The position numbers were made by a program, and so were the translations under genes. DNA of 64,000 nt from Octopus sinensis (Eukaryota), in contig NC_043023.1 of assembly GCF_006345805.1 (NCBI RefSeq), positions 20,336,001 to 20,400,000 of the forward strand, in the 5' to 3' direction. Below, piece by piece: positions 24,723-39,394 of this stretch (the first letter of the stretch is position 1; each line of letters begins with the position of its first letter). The notes beneath the pieces were generated by a model. It did not search any database. It saw only the letters and a program-made list of their open reading frames with translations, and was not told the origin of the DNA.

Positions 24723-25249
24723 CACCGTAAATCCTCGAGTATAATCCACATTTTTTTCTGCAAATTTAAAGGTCAAAATCCCAAGTGCGTATTATACACG
24801 AGGTTAAAAAATGAAAATAATTTTCTAATCAATGTCCGAGTCTCTATTTGCTGTCCGGCAATATTTATTCAGATGCATTTTGTGATGTCGGATGCAAAAA
24901 TACCTTAAGCTAAGCTTGAAAGCAATGAAGTCATAAAAGAATCATCCATAACTTGCAGTAAGCAACATTTATTAAAATAAAAGTATCCAGAACACAGAAT
25001 AACATGTAACAAAAACAATTTGCAAACATATTTACATTCCCATATAACAGTTAAGAACATCACCATTATTGTATTACGCATGCATGGAAGTGTTTGTTCG
25101 ACTAGGTGCTGCTGGCTTAATTACGCATGACTCAAGTTAGAGAAGGGGTGCGTATTATACACAAGGTTTAGGATTTTCAGAGATACAGCCCTCTAAAAAT
25201 CCTCAGCGTATTATACTCAAGGGTGGACTATACTTGAGGATTTATGGTG
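24723..25249. mobile_element. Tc1/pogo-like MITE
   Basis: TIRs CACCGTAAATCCTCGAGTATAATCC / GGACTATACTTGAGGATTTATGGTG, with internal GCGTATTATAC subterminal repeats. Confidence 0.7.
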
Positions 25250-25935
25250 TGTGTGTGTGATTCACCACTGCTTTCAACTTGTGTTGGTGTGTTTGTGTCC
25301 TTGTAATGTGGCTAAGCTGCTCAGCAAAAAAGACTGATAGAATTAGTACGTGGCTTTAAAAAAGATGTTCTGGTGTTTATGCGGTCCACTAACATTCTGT
25401 GGAGTGGTGCCCCAGCATGGTGCTGTGGTCAATTTACTAAAACCGGTAAAACAATACAAGAATATCTATCTTTGAAAATGCATTCAGAAAGAATTCTTAA
25501 TAGAATCTGAATATTCGGAAATGTTTTTAAATTCAAAATTCTAATGTAAAGAAATGCCCGTGGCATGTGAAAAGCACCAACCGATCGTGGCCATTGCCAG
25601 CCTCATTTGGCACCTGTGCCGGTGGCACGTAAAAAGCACCCACTACACTCACGGAGTGGTTGGCATTAGGAAGGGCATCCAGCTGTAGAAACCCTGCCAG
25701 ATCAGACTGGAGCCTGGTGCAGCCTCCATGGCTTCCCAGACCCCAGTCAAACCGTCCAACCCATGCCAGCATGGAAAACGGGCATTAAATGATGATATTT
25801 TTTTTTCTGTTGTCTCCCCCCCCTCTTTAAGATTTTTTCGTTTCCATAATTAGATTATTTATTTCAAATCTTTCTTCACACACACACAAAAATGTATTTA
25901 TACACACACACACACAAACATATATATACATACAT

Positions 25936-27307
25936 GCAGCGAGCTGGCAGACACGTTAGCACACCGGGCGAAATGCGTAGCCGTATTTCGTCTGCCGTTA
26001 CATTCTGAGTTCAAATTCCGCCGGGTCGACTTTACCTTTCATCCTTTCGGGGTCGATAAATAAAGTACCAGTTTCGCAACTGGGGTTATTGTAATCAACT
26101 TAATTCTTTTGTCTGTCCTTGTTTGTCCCCTCTGTGTTTAGCCCCTTGTGGGTAGTAAAGAAATAGAAATAGGTATTTCGTCTGCCGTTACATTCTGAGT
26201 TCAAATTCCGCCGGGTCGACTTTACCTTTCATCCTTTCGGGGTCGATAAATAAAGTACCAGTTTCGCAACTGGGGTTATTGTAATCAACTTAATTCTTTT
26301 GTCTGTCCTTGTTTGTCCCCTCTGTGTTTAGCCCCTTGTGGGTAGTAAAGAAATAGAAATAGGTATTTCGTCTGCCGTTACATTCTGAGTTCAAATTCCG
26401 CCGGGTCGACTTTACCTTTCATCCTTTCGGGGTCGATAAATAAAACCAGTTTCGTAACTGGGGTCAGTGTAATCAACTTAATTCTTTTGTCTGTCCTCGT
26501 TTGTCCCCTCTGTGTTTAGCCCCTTGTGGGTAGTAAAGAAATAGAAATAGGTATTTCGTCTGCCGTTACATTCTGAGTTCAAATTCCGCCGGGTTGACTT
26601 TACCTTTCATCCTTTCGGGATCGATAAATAAAGTACCAGTTTCGCAACTGGGGTCGTTGTAATCGACTTAATACCTATGTCTGTCCTTGTTTGTCCCCTC
26701 TGTGTTTAGCCCCTTGTGGGTAGTAAAGAAATAGAAATAGGTATTTCGTCTGCCGTTACATTCTGAGTTCAAATTCCGCCGGGTCGACTTTACCTTTCAT
26801 CCTTTCGGGGTCGATAAATAAAGTACCAGTTTCGCAACTGGGGTCAGTGTAATCAACTTAATTCTTTTGTCTTCCTTGTTTGTCCCCTCTGTGTTTAGCC
26901 CCTTGTGGGTAGTAAAGAAATAGAAATAGGTATTTCGTCTGTCGTTATGTTCTGAGTTCAAATTCCGCCGAGGTCGACTTTACCTTTCATCCTTTCGGGG
27001 TCGATAAATAAAGTACCAGTTTCGCAACTGGGGTCATTGTAATCAACTTAATTCTTTTGTCTGTCCTTGTTTGTCCCCTCTGTGTTTAGCCCCTTGTGGG
27101 TAGTAAAGAAATAGAAATAGGTATTTCGACTGTCGTTACGTTCTGAGTTCAAATTCCGCCGAGGTCGACTTTACCTTTCATCCTTTCGGGGTCGATAAAT
27201 AAAGTACCAGTTTCGCAACTGGGGTCGATATAATCGACTTAATCCGTTTGTCTGTCCTTGTTTGTCCCCTCTGTGTTTAGCCCCTTGTGGGTAGTAAAGA
27301 AATAGGT
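25936..27307 (+). repeat. tRNA-headed SINE followed by a 7-unit body array (~190-bp period)
   Basis: Head GCGAGCTGGCAG; unit starts at 25983, 26173, 26363, 26551, 26741, 26930 and 27121. Confidence 0.9.
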
Positions 27308-27372
27308 ATATACATACATGCACACTCACACACGTCCACACACACACACACTCGCTCTCACTCACACATATA

Positions 27373-27608
27373 CAAGGGTGACCAAAAGTCACCCGACAGT
27401 AAAAGTGCCATAAAAAAAAGTATCTGTGATTCTGTATTGATTCAAAAGGGAAAATGTGTCGCTCAAGGAAAACTTCAGTTTGAACAATTTCCATAATGTT
27501 TCATATTTTTTTAGATGATTTCATTAAATTCATTCGTCTGTTAAACATAAAGAAATCTTGGAATGAAATGGTTTTGATTTGCTGTCAGATGACTTTTGGC
27601 CAACCTTG
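27373..27608. mobile_element. Mariner-like MITE
   Basis: TA|CAAGGGTGACCAAAAGTCACCCGACAG versus CTGTCAGATGACTTTTGGCCAACCTTG. Confidence 0.65.
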
Positions 27609-27647
27609 TGTGTGTGTGTGTGGTGTGTGTGTGTGTGTATATATATA

Positions 27648-28034
27648 TCTTTATATATAAAAGTCAAGTTATGTGTCTGTCTCCTACGATTTAGATTCCT
27701 GACTACTCCCACATTTTGCGGTGCAGTTTAACCAAAACCGGGTATCTTTATAGTCAGGATTCATATCGAGCCCTTCTGGGTATTAGCGTGCGTCTACGAT
27801 GAGTCTACGATTTAAAAAATAATTTACCATCATTTTTTTCCATTTTAATGCATTTTGTTCGTTGTTATATAAGGGAAGTAACTCTAAAAATGTCTACAAT
27901 GAGTCAACGATTTAAAAAAAAATTTACCATCATTTGTTTTCCATTTTTAATGCACTTTTTTGCTATAACTCTCTAAAAATGCTTATATAGTTATTTCCCT
28001 TACAAACCCGAGCAACGCCGGGCGATACTGCTAA
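27648..28034 (+). mobile_element. Non-autonomous Helitron
   Basis: TC start, GCAACGCCGGGCGATACTGCTAA end; same family as 3258-3656. Confidence 0.8.
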
Positions 28035-28499
28035 TATATATATATATATACATACACATTCGCCATGAAAGATCGCTAGCCACTAAATCTTTTTTTCTAT
28101 TTTCTCTCCCTATTTATTTCTGTGTTCCTTTCTGACAAAGTGCGTAGGCTCGAAACATAAAAGACTTTCTCACTTCCCGAGCATTAAACTAATACATCTG
28201 TTTGTTGTTTACACACCCGTCTTTGTCTTTTTCTCGTAAATTCTCACTATATACATGTACATATATACATTCAGACAGATACACACACACACACACATAT
28301 ATACACACAGATACACTTAAACGCACACACATATATATATACACACACATACACTCAAACACACACATATATATATTCACAGATATATATATTCACACAC
28401 ATATATATTCACAGATACACCCAAACACACACATATATATACACACATACACTCAAACACACACATACACATATATACACTCAAAATATATACGCACAC

Positions 28500-28543
<44 letters not shown>

Positions 28544-29236
28544 GTATATAAATATATATATATACACAGATACACACACACAAACATATAAAGCTATTTT
28601 TTGCCCCAGGCAAGGTCAGCCACTTCCATTCCCTGCCACCCACCCCAGAACCTCACCTCCGAATAAAAGAAAAGAAAAAAAATATCTGAAGAAAATGCCA
28701 AATTGATTTTCAGAACCGATCGCTTTGTAGGAGAGAGAGACGGGAGAAGTACTTGAAAACTGCTCCACTTTGATGAAATTGCAAGAATTAATGTTGTGGC
28801 ATTGATCTTTGGTTATCTTCGTTAAATACATCGGAAACGATGTTGGCACAGAAACCAGATTTGGAAGTGGGGGTCCTCGGTGGAATGTCTGCACTCACCC
28901 TGCAGCGAACGGTCGGGATTCACCTGAAGCCTTTCACTTGAAACACTTTCAGAGTCTTAAGGTTACTTTTCGTTAGCAAGCTGCCTCGTTATGCCAATAT
29001 TTTTACTTGGAGAATAAAACGGCAAGATGCCAGAATCGTTAGCATGCCAGGGAAAATGCTTAGCGGCTTTGCTGCCGTGTTTACGTTCTGAGTTCAAATT
29101 CCACTGAGGTCAACTTTGCCTTTTGTCCTTTCGGGGGTTGATAAATTCAGTACCAGTGATACACTGGGGCCGGTGTAATCAACTGGTCTCTTCCTTCCAA
29201 ATTTCAGGCCTTATGCTTCCAGTAGAAAAGAAGTAA

Positions 29237-29940
29237 TCTCTCTCTATATAAACGGCAAAATGTGTGTGTCTGGTGTCCTTTATACAAATCCACAATTTTT
29301 CAGTTAGAGGGCTCACACTTTCTGTGGTCATTCAAAACCGTCCAAGGGTGGTCGTGCACATCTTTACATTTCCCCAGTCACCCCGCAAAGCCATTAAAAA
29401 ATCAATAGAAGTGACTTTTTTGTGAATTTTCTATTGAAAACCCAATCAAAATGCCCGAAACTTGATACACCAATTGAATGCCAGCCAGCTGTATGTGATT
29501 GGTCGGAGATTTGGACAGTACTCGCGTGTATGTGCGCACGCACGCAGCTGTATATGCATGCACTAGCACTGTGATCCAGCAACGCCGGGTCATACTGCTA
29601 ATCTCTCTCTATATAAACGGCAAAATGTGTGTGTGTGTGTGTGTGTCCTTTATACAAATCCACAATTTTTCAGTTAGAGGGCTCGCACTTTCTGTGGTCA
29701 TTCAAAACCGTCCAAGGGTGGTCGTGCACATCTTTACATTTCCCCAGTCACCCCGCAAAGCCATTAAAAAATCAATAGAAGTGACTTTTTTGTGAATTTT
29801 CTATTGAAAACCCAATCAAAATGCCCGAAACTTGATAAGCCAAATTGAATGCCAGCTAGCTGTATGTGATTGGTCGGAGATTTGGACAGTACTCGCGTGT
29901 ATGTGCGCACGCACGCAGTTGTATATGCATGCTGTATATG
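29237..29940 (+). mobile_element. Head-to-tail Helitron dimer (365-bp first unit)
   Basis: Unit 1 runs 29237-29601 and ends GCAACGCCGGGTCATACTGCTAA; unit 2 starts TC at 29602 with near-identical sequence. Confidence 0.7.
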
Positions 29941-30349
29941 CATATGAATGAAAAAAATTTGTGGCAATTGAAAATGCCTGAGGCCTAAAACCTTGCTATA
30001 TATTATTTTTAGAAAAATGGTAAATTTTCATTGAGATCAGTCAAGGGCCTTTACTCCCTCAAAGCCCCCACAAACTCTGCTATTGTAAAAAATTTACAAC
30101 CCCCACCACCACCACCATTTTCGGAGTTTAGGGGACTTAAGGGAGTAAATGCCCTTCGTTAATGTCAGCAAAAATTTAGCATTTTTCTATTAAAAATATA
30201 TAGCAAAATTTTAACCAGGCATTTTCAATTTTCTATCTTTATTCCACACTGCTCGTTTTGAGGAGGGGTTGAACTTTAGGGTAGGACTTTAGGGAGTAAA
30301 TGCCCTTAATTGATCTAAGAGAAAATTCAGCATTTTTCTAGTAATCAAA

Positions 30350-30712
30350 CACAGCAATGCCGTGGTGATCTCATTCTTGCTCACAACATCATAAGCGGAA
30401 AGTGTAACCTCTCGAAAGAGCTGTTCTTCACTCCTGCTCCAGAGTGTTGGCTGCTGGGTCATTCCGAAAAGCTCTATCTACGAGGATTTCATCTCAGTCG
30501 AAGGAGAGGGGCTTTCTCCATCCGGGTTGCGGATCCGTGGAATAAGCTGCCGGATGAGATGGTGAAGATGCCGACGACCGCTCGGTTCAAAGTCTCTCTT
30601 GACCAGAAATGGCCTGAACTCTTTGCATGAACACTCTCCCTGTACATAACTCCATGTCCTCTTACATGGCCTTGCTTTTTGCTTTTTGAGCCAAAAAATT
30701 AACTAATTAACT
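30350..30712 (+). mobile_element. CR1-like LINE 3' end
   Basis: GDLILAHN...GHSEKLYL...WNKLPDE...WPELFA*, with a short TTAACTAA tandem tail. Confidence 0.75.
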
Positions 30713-31079
30713 AGCAACCTTTTAGCCCTCAGGCATTTTCAGTTTCTGCAATTTTTAAATTTTCCCTCCCCCCTAACAGCCATACTCACATGTACATAGG
30801 TACCTGGTCTTGGGGAGATATTAGCTTTCTCAGAATCAAGTGAGGGTTGGTCACAGGAGAAAGTCTACCTCAAGAGACTCCCTCCGACTCATGCAAGCAC
30901 GGAAAAGAGGATGTTAAACTGAAGTGGCTCTGTTCACCTCAGGTATTACTACGTGAAGTATGAGATGCGCCCTTCTTGCTCCCCTTTTCCTGCTTCTCTT
31001 GTGACAGCATGAAATCAGGGGGTCTTTGAGCAGTTGGAGTCCCTAAATTTGGAATATGCATTTACAGCATCAATCTCTT

Positions 31080-31760
31080 TAATGATAATCCTGTCTGGAT
31101 CAGGACTGACCTAGGGCTAAACAACAGCAGCAACCATGAGATAATGTAGTCCTAGATACACAATGCCGGAATAAAAGATGGGATGGTCACAGCTGGACCG
31201 TCTTTGATCATAGGTTTGCCTGGGGCTACACAATAACTATAGCCACTAATACTAACTATATGCTGCACATTAGATAATGTAGTCTTAGATACACTATGCC
31301 TGAATAAAAGATGGGATGGTCACAGCTGGAACGTCTTTGATCATAGGTCTGCCTGGATCAGGACTGACCTGGGGCTAAACAACAACCATCATTAGATAAT
31401 GTAGTCCTAGATACACTATGCCTGAATAAAAGATGGAATGGTCACAGCTGGAACGTCTTTGGTCATAGTCCTGTCTGGAACAGGACAGACCTAGGGCTAA
31501 ACAACAACTATAGCTACTAACTCCTGTACTATACATTAGATAATGTAGTCCTAGATACACTATGCCTGAATAAAAGATGGGATGGTCACAGCTGGAGTGT
31601 CTTTGATCATAGGTCTATCTGGATCAGGACTGACCTGGGGCTAAACAACAGCAGCAACCATGAAATGATGTAGTCCTAGATACACTATGCCTGAATATAA
31701 GATGGGATGGTCACAGCATAGCTGGAACGTCTTTGATCATAGGTCTGCCTGGATCGGGAT
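31080..31760 (+). repeat. 144-bp family tandem array
   Basis: Same unit as 12460-13040. Confidence 0.85.
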
Positions 31761-32089
31761 TGACTCGGTGTTGCACAGTGGTGGTGGTGGTGGTGGTGGT
31801 GGTTGTCAGCTGCACTATTCTGCATCTGCAACAGTGGGGGTGCATCAGTTGTTTGACAGCTCAGTTGGTGCAGTCAGTGCAACACGACTGCAGTGGCTGT
31901 TGTTGTTGCGTTCACATATTTGGGGAGTTAGTCACCACGGCATTGTGTGTGTGTGTGTGTGCGCTTGGAAGCATGCGTGTATCTAGACACACACTTCTGT
32001 GTGTGCGTGCGTGCGTGCGTGTGTGTATATATACACATAATTGCTAATATATATATGTGTGTGTCTATGCATGCACATATATATACACA

Positions 32090-33010
32090 CACGCCATACT
32101 TTGACATCACACACACACACACACAAACATGCCTCATACACACATGGGTTAATTATATAGGCATATATATACACACACACACACCATACTTTGACATCAC
32201 TCACACGGTACACACACACACACAGTACACACATACATTACACACACACACACACACATGGGTTAATTATATATGCATATATATACACACCACGCTTTGA
32301 CATCACACACACGCACACAAACATGCCTCATACACACATGAGTTAATTATATATGCACATATATATATATATATACACACACACACGCCATACTTTGACA
32401 TCACACACACACACACATACCACATACACACACTCGCACACAAACATGCCTCATACACACATGGGTTAATTATATATGCATATATATATATACACACACA
32501 CACCATACTTTGACATCACTCACACACACACATGCGCACAGTACACACACACACACATATATATACATACACACGAGTTAATTTTATATGCATATATATA
32601 CACACCATACTTTGACATCAGACACACAGTACACACACACACACACACAGTACACACATACACACATGGGTTAATTATATATGCATATATACACACACAC
32701 ACACCATACTTTGACATCACTCACACACACATACATGCACACAGTACACACATACAGCGAACACACCTACACACACACACACATGGGTTAATTATATATA
32801 CACATATATATTACACACACACACACCATACTTTGACATCACTCACACGGTACACACACACACACACCACACACACACACACATACACACACACACACCA
32901 CACACACACATGGGTTAATTATATATGCATATATATACACACCACGCTTTGACATCACACACACGCACACAAACATGCCTCATACACACATGAGTTAATT
33001 ATATATGCAC

Positions 33011-33044
<34 letters not shown>

Positions 33045-33573
33045 GCCATACTTTGACATCACACACACACACACATACCACATACACACACTCACACACA
33101 AACATGCCTCATACACACATGGGTTAATTATATATGCATATATATACACACACACACACCATACTTTGACATCACTCACACACACACATGCGCACAGTAC
33201 ACACACACACACATATATATACATACACACGAGTTAATTTTATATGCATATATATACACACCATACTTTGACATCAGACACACAGTACACACACACACAC
33301 ACACACAGTACACACATACACACATGGGTTAATTATATATGCATATATACACACACACACACCATACTTTGACATCACTCACACACACATACATGCACAC
33401 AGTACACACATACAGCGAACACACATGGGTTAATTATATATACACATATATATACACACACACACACACACCATACTTCGACATCACACACACACGCACC
33501 TTTGACATCACACACACACACACACAACACACACAAACATGCCTCATACACACGTGGTTAATTATATATGCAC

Positions 33574-33608
<35 letters not shown>

Positions 33609-33778
33609 GTACACACACACACACACACACAGTACACACATACCACACACACACACAGTGAACACACCTACACACACACACACACACACACATGGGTTAA
33701 TTATATATACACATATATATACACACACACACACACACCATACTTCGACATCACACACACACACACGCACCTTTGACA

Positions 33779-33813
<35 letters not shown>

Positions 33814-33848
33814 TGCCTCATACACACGTGGGTTAATTATATATGCAC

Positions 33849-33883
<35 letters not shown>

Positions 33884-33951
33884 GTACACACACACAGTAC
33901 ACACACACACACACAGTACACACATACCACACACACACACAGTGAACACAC

Positions 33952-33990
<39 letters not shown>
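32090..33990. repeat. Compound minisatellite (ATGGGTTAATTATATATGC / CCATACTTTGACATCAC + (CA)n) with ~650-bp higher-order repeat
   Basis: The CACGCTTTGA block recurs at 32291 and 32943. Confidence 0.85.
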
Positions 33991-33993
<3 letters not shown>

Positions 33994-34108
33994 AGGCCTT
34001 TGTTCTCCCCAATAAATTCCTTTCTTCAGCAATTATCTCACACGTGCGTATGCGTGTCTGTATTCATGCTTGAATGTATGTGTGCGTGTGCCTCTTTGGG
34101 TGTATGCG

Positions 34109-34190
<82 letters not shown>

Positions 34191-35371
34191 TTATGTGTAC
34201 CTGTGTGCATACACTTGTGTGTGAGTCTCTTTGGGTGTATGCATATCTATATACATGTGTGTGTGTGTGTGTGTGTGTGCGTATGTCTATATATTTGTGT
34301 GCACACATCTTGGTATGTTTCTTTGGGTGTATGTATATATCTATGTATATGTGTGTATGTATATATATATATATATATATTTCTATACTGCTCACAAGGG
34401 GCTAAACACTGAGGGGACAAACAAGGACAGATACACGGTTTAAGTCGATTATATCGACCCCAGTGCATAACTGGTACTTAATTTATCGGCCCCGATTGAT
34501 GAAAGGCACAGTCGACCTCGGCGGAATTTGAACTCAGAACGTTATGTCTGTGTATGTATATATATATATATATATATGTAATGTATGTGTGTATGTAATG
34601 TATGTGTATTTATGTATGTATGTATATATATATGTATGTATGTAATGTATGTATATGTATGTATATATGCGTATGTCTATGTATATATGTATGTATATAT
34701 GTAATTTTTGCGTGCACCTACACACATGTATGTGTATGAGTTGTGTGTGTGTTGTATAAAACTGTACATGCTATATATATATATATATATATACACACAC
34801 ATATATGTATAGTATGTACAGTATACACACACACATAGTTGGAGTTGGTTTACACCACCACCACCACAACATCACCTCCCACCGCCACAATTGCTGCTGC
34901 TTCTGCTACTGCTGCTTCCACCTCTTTATGAATGAAGCCCTCCCCTTCCTCCCATGACCACCACCACACACATTTGTAGAGGTGGTGGTACTTAAACATA
35001 TACTTATGTCTCTTTTACTTGTTTCGCGCATAGACTGTGGCCATGCTGGGGCACCACTTTGAATTTTAGTCAAACGAATCCACTCTAGGACTGATTTTTG
35101 TTTTTTTTACACCTGCTTCTCAATCTATCAGTCTCTTTTGCCAAACTGCTAAGTTACAGCGGTCGTTAAGCTAAACAACACTGGTTGTGAAGCAAAGGTG
35201 AAGGACAGACACACCTGCACCCACACCCACTGTGGGCTTCTTTCAGTTTCCACCTACCAAATCCACTCACAAGGCTTTGGTACAAGATGCTTGTCCAAGG
35301 TGCCACGCCATGGGACTGAACCCGGAACCACGTGGTTTGGGTGCAAGCTTTATACAAGATAGCCACGCTTG

Positions 35372-35402
<31 letters not shown>

Positions 35403-35786
35403 CTTTCTATTCTTTTTTCTTAGTCAATTTGACTGCGGCCATGCTGGAGTACTGCCTTTAGTCGAGCAAATCGACCCCGGGACTTATTCTTTGTAAGCCC
35501 AGTACTTATTCTATCGGTCTCTTTTGCCGAACCGCTAAGTTATGGGGATGTAAACACACCAACATCGTTTGTCAAGCAATGATGGAGGGACAAACACAAA
35601 TATATACATACATACATAATAATAATATTAGGGAGTAAATCCAAACTTACAGGGAAAAATTAGATTTAGGATTAAATCAAATTTTACAGTATAAATATAT
35701 ATATACATTAAATTAGAGATAAAACCACCATTAGGTAAATCAGTGAAAATCATAAACCAATACATAGAAATAAAATTAATAAAACA

Positions 35787-36185
35787 CTAGCAGTATTGCC
35801 TGGCATTGCTCGGGTTTGTAAGGGAAATAACTATATAAGCTTTTTTAGAGAGTTATAGCCAAAAAATAGCAAAAAAATGCATTAAAAATGGAAAAAAAAT
35901 GATGGTAAATTTTTTTTTAAATTGTTGACTTGTCGTAGACATTTTTAGAGAGTTACTTCCCTTATATAATAGCGAAAAAAATGCATTAAAATGGAAAAAA
36001 ATGATGGTAAATTTTTTTTAAATCGTAGACTCATCGTAGACGCGCGCTAATACCCAGAAGGGCTCGATATGAATCACGACTATAAGATACCTGGTTTTGG
36101 TTAAACTGCACCACAAAATGTGGGAGTAGTTAGGAATCTAAATCGTAGGAGACAGACACACACACACAACTTTTATATATAAAGA
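35787..36185 (-). mobile_element. Non-autonomous Helitron
   Basis: Reverse complement of 3258-3656. Confidence 0.8.
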
Positions 36186-37204
36186 TAAAGATATATAAAA
36201 TTTAAAGTTAAAATTTAAAAAATTATTTAAATTAACAATTTATACTTATAAATTTTTATATATATATATTTTATTATTATTATTAATTTTTTTTTTTTTC
36301 GAGCGAGGTCGTTGCCAGTACCGCCTGACTGGCTTCTGTGCCGGTAGCACTTAAAAAGCACCCACTACACTCTCGGAGTGGTTGGCGTGAGGAAAGGCAT
36401 CTGACTGTAGAAACACTGCCAGATCAGATTGGAGCCTGGTGCAACCATCTGGTTTGCCAGCCCAGAGTCAAACCGTCCAACCCATGCTAGCATGGAAAGC
36501 GGATGTTTTAATTTCTATGTATTGGTTTATGATTTTCACTGTTTGATTTGCCTAATAGTGGTTTTTATCTCTAATTTAATATATACATACATACTTATAT
36601 ACAGCTGATGTACTTGTGCATACAAATGCACGTTCCCACGGCTTTATCGATCGAATTCTCACCTGGAATCGATTTTTGTAATTTTTTCAAGTCTTATACA
36701 CACCCTGATACCGTCGGATTCTACATATTAAATTTGAGCGCAATCGGATGGAGGATACCCGAGATCCTAGAAGACACACGCACAGATAGACAGACCACGG
36801 ATTGTTGTCATAAAGAGCACCATCCGAGTGTGATCGTTGCCAGAGCAGCTATCTGGCTTCTATGCCAGTGGCACGTAAAAAACACCGTTCGGGCGTGATC
36901 GTTACCAGCATCGCCTTACTGGCACCTGTGCCATTGGCATGTGTAAAAGATTTGAGCGAGGTAGTCGCCAGTACTGCCTGACTGGCCCCCATGCTGGTGG
37001 CACGTAAAAGGCACCCTCTACACTCATGGAGTGGTTGGCGTTAGGAAGGGCATCCAGCTGTAGAAACTTGGCCAGATTAAGATTGGAGCCTGGTGCAGCC
37101 ATCTGGTTCGCCAGCCCTCAGTCAAACCGTCCAACCCATGCTAGCATGGAAAGCGGATGTTAAACGATGATGATGATCTATATATATATATATATATATA
37201 TATA

Positions 37205-37345
37205 CTTTATTTAAAGCAGCAGAAAATTCAACAAAATCTGTTACTCTGAGTTTCCCGTTGCCGTTCAGCAAAAACTGTCCGATGAACGGCAACGGGAAAC
37301 TCAGAGTAACAGGTTTTGTTGAATTTTCTGCTGCTTTAAATAAAG
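37205..37345. repeat. 63-bp fold-back with 15-nt loop, overlapping a hammerhead-like fold (family H3)
   Basis: Arms 37205-37267 and 37283-37345, one G-U. Plus strand reads CUGU-CCGAUGA-ACG-GCAA-CGG-GAAA-CUC-A-GAG-UA-ACAG. Confidence 0.85.
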
Positions 37346-37959
37346 CATATTACTCTACCACTGGTATTTGAGTACTCTTTTTTCCACCTTGTTTCACATT
37401 TACGTGTTTACTCCGGTATATATATGTATATATATATATATATATATCCCTTTTGTATTTAAATTGACCATAGCCAAAATATTTCCCCTCTTTTTATGTT
37501 CAGGTTGGCAAGATCTGACCATACTCCCATGCGATAGGACTCTCTGTACAATGATATACACTTAGGCTTCCTCACAGTCTCTACTCTAGAATGTCATTCT
37601 AAGAATAAAGTCCTGTCCTTGAAATCTCAATGCTCTGAAATAATGCCTGATTAATCTAAAAGAGTGAGAACAGATAAGTCTTACCATTTGAGAGAGAGAT
37701 AACATGGATGCACATTATTCTTTCTTTCTCATTTAAACTGGCCACGTCATTAAGTTTGGCTGAGAAACCTGAACGCTAAGAGGTTAAACATTGCATATTC
37801 CTTTGCAGCAGTAACCCCTCTACAGTGAGACCCCTGTTTTTTGTTTTGTTTCTGTCTCGCTTTATAATCTCTCATCTGACTCAGGATCACTTCTTCCAAT
37901 GCCCACCTCCCCTCTCTAAAGATTTTTGGTGTTGCAGGTTGCTTGGTCACCCTGTCGGT

Positions 37960-38545
37960 GCAGGTGCCACATAAAAAGCACCCAGTCAACATTGTAAAGT
38001 GGTTGGCGTTCGGGAGGGCATCCAGCTGTAAAAACCTTGCCAAAACTGACCTTGAGACAGTGCTTTTGCCAGGTAAAAAGCACTAAGTCCACTTTGCTGG
38101 GTGGTTGGTTTTAGGAAGGGCATCCAGCTGTAAAAACCTTGCCAAAACTGACCTCAACTGTGCTTTTGCCATGTAAAAAGCACTAAGTCCACTTTGCTGG
38201 GTGGTTGGTGTTCGGGAGGGCATCCAGCTGTAAAAACCTTGCCAAAACTGACCTTGAGACAGTGCTTTTGCCAGGTAAAAAGCACTAAGTCCACTTTGCT
38301 GAGTGGTTGGTTTTAGGAAGGACATCCGGCTGTAAAAACCTTGCCAAAACTGACCTCGACTGTGCTTTTGCCAGGTAAAAAGCATAAGTCCACTCTGCTG
38401 AGTGGTTGGTGTTAGGAAGGGCATCCAGCTGTAAAAGTCCGGTCAAAACAGTCACAGAAGTCTTGTGCAAGCTCCTGCCTGGCCAACTCCTGTTAAACCG
38501 TCCAACCCATGCCAGCATGGTAAGTGGACATTAAACGATGAGGAT
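37960..38545 (+). repeat. Tandem ~120-bp amplification of the RTE 3'UTR segment
   Basis: Repeated GAAGGGCATCCAGCTGTAAAAACCTTGCC units. Confidence 0.75.
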
Positions 38546-39394
38546 GACATATCCCTTCAGCATTTAATCTGGCCCAAACGTTCTTCTAGTTTTGTCTTCA
38601 GATTGGCCAGATCCAGCCTCTCACACCTACCCTTCAATGTCATTCTAAAAATAAACAACATCATTGAAATCTTTAAGCTATGAGATAATGCGGGATTAAC
38701 TCAAAAACAAGGTGAATAAATATAAGCATTACATTTCATCATCATCATCATTTAGCATCCATTGTCCCTGCTGGCATGGGTGGAACTGTTTGACCAAGAG
38801 ATGGCAAGCTGGGAGAGCTCCAGTCTGATTTTGCACAGTTTCTACAGCTGGATGGTCTTCCTGACACCAACCACTCCGAGAGTATAATGGGTGCATTTAC
38901 AAGCCACTGGCACAAGTGCCAGTCGTGTGACACCTATTTCTGCCACCACTATGATTTCTCTTGGCTTGATGGGTCTTCCACTCAAGCGCAGCATAATGCC
39001 AAGGGTTTCAGCCATTTGGTCTTGTCCCCGCGAGGCCCAATGCTTGAAAAGTGCTTTTTACATGCCCCTGGCACAGGTGCTAGTTATACGACACTGGCAT
39101 CGGCCACATTGCCCCTGTGAGGCCCAACACTCAAAAGGGGCTAAGGGTTTTATACATCTCAACCACAACTTGTTCTAGCTCTTTCTTCCTGTTTCTGTTG
39201 TACCTGTATTTCAAAGGGGCCATCCTTGTCACACTCTGTGTCACATGGAATCTACGTTAAGGGTACACGTGTCTGTGGAGTGCTCAGCCACTTACACGTT
39301 AATCTCACGAGCAGGCTGTTCCGCTGATCGGATCAACTGGAACACTCGTCGTCGCAACCAATGGAGTACATTATATATATATATATGAAGTTGA

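Noticed and set aside
25936-27307. Regular arrays as CRISPR
   Set aside because: Whole units repeat with no unique spacers, there are no cas genes, and the context is eukaryotic.
28680-28760. CTGAAGA as a hammerhead core (also 46600 minus and 52069)
   Set aside because: No convincing flanking stems; 52069 is Helitron interior.
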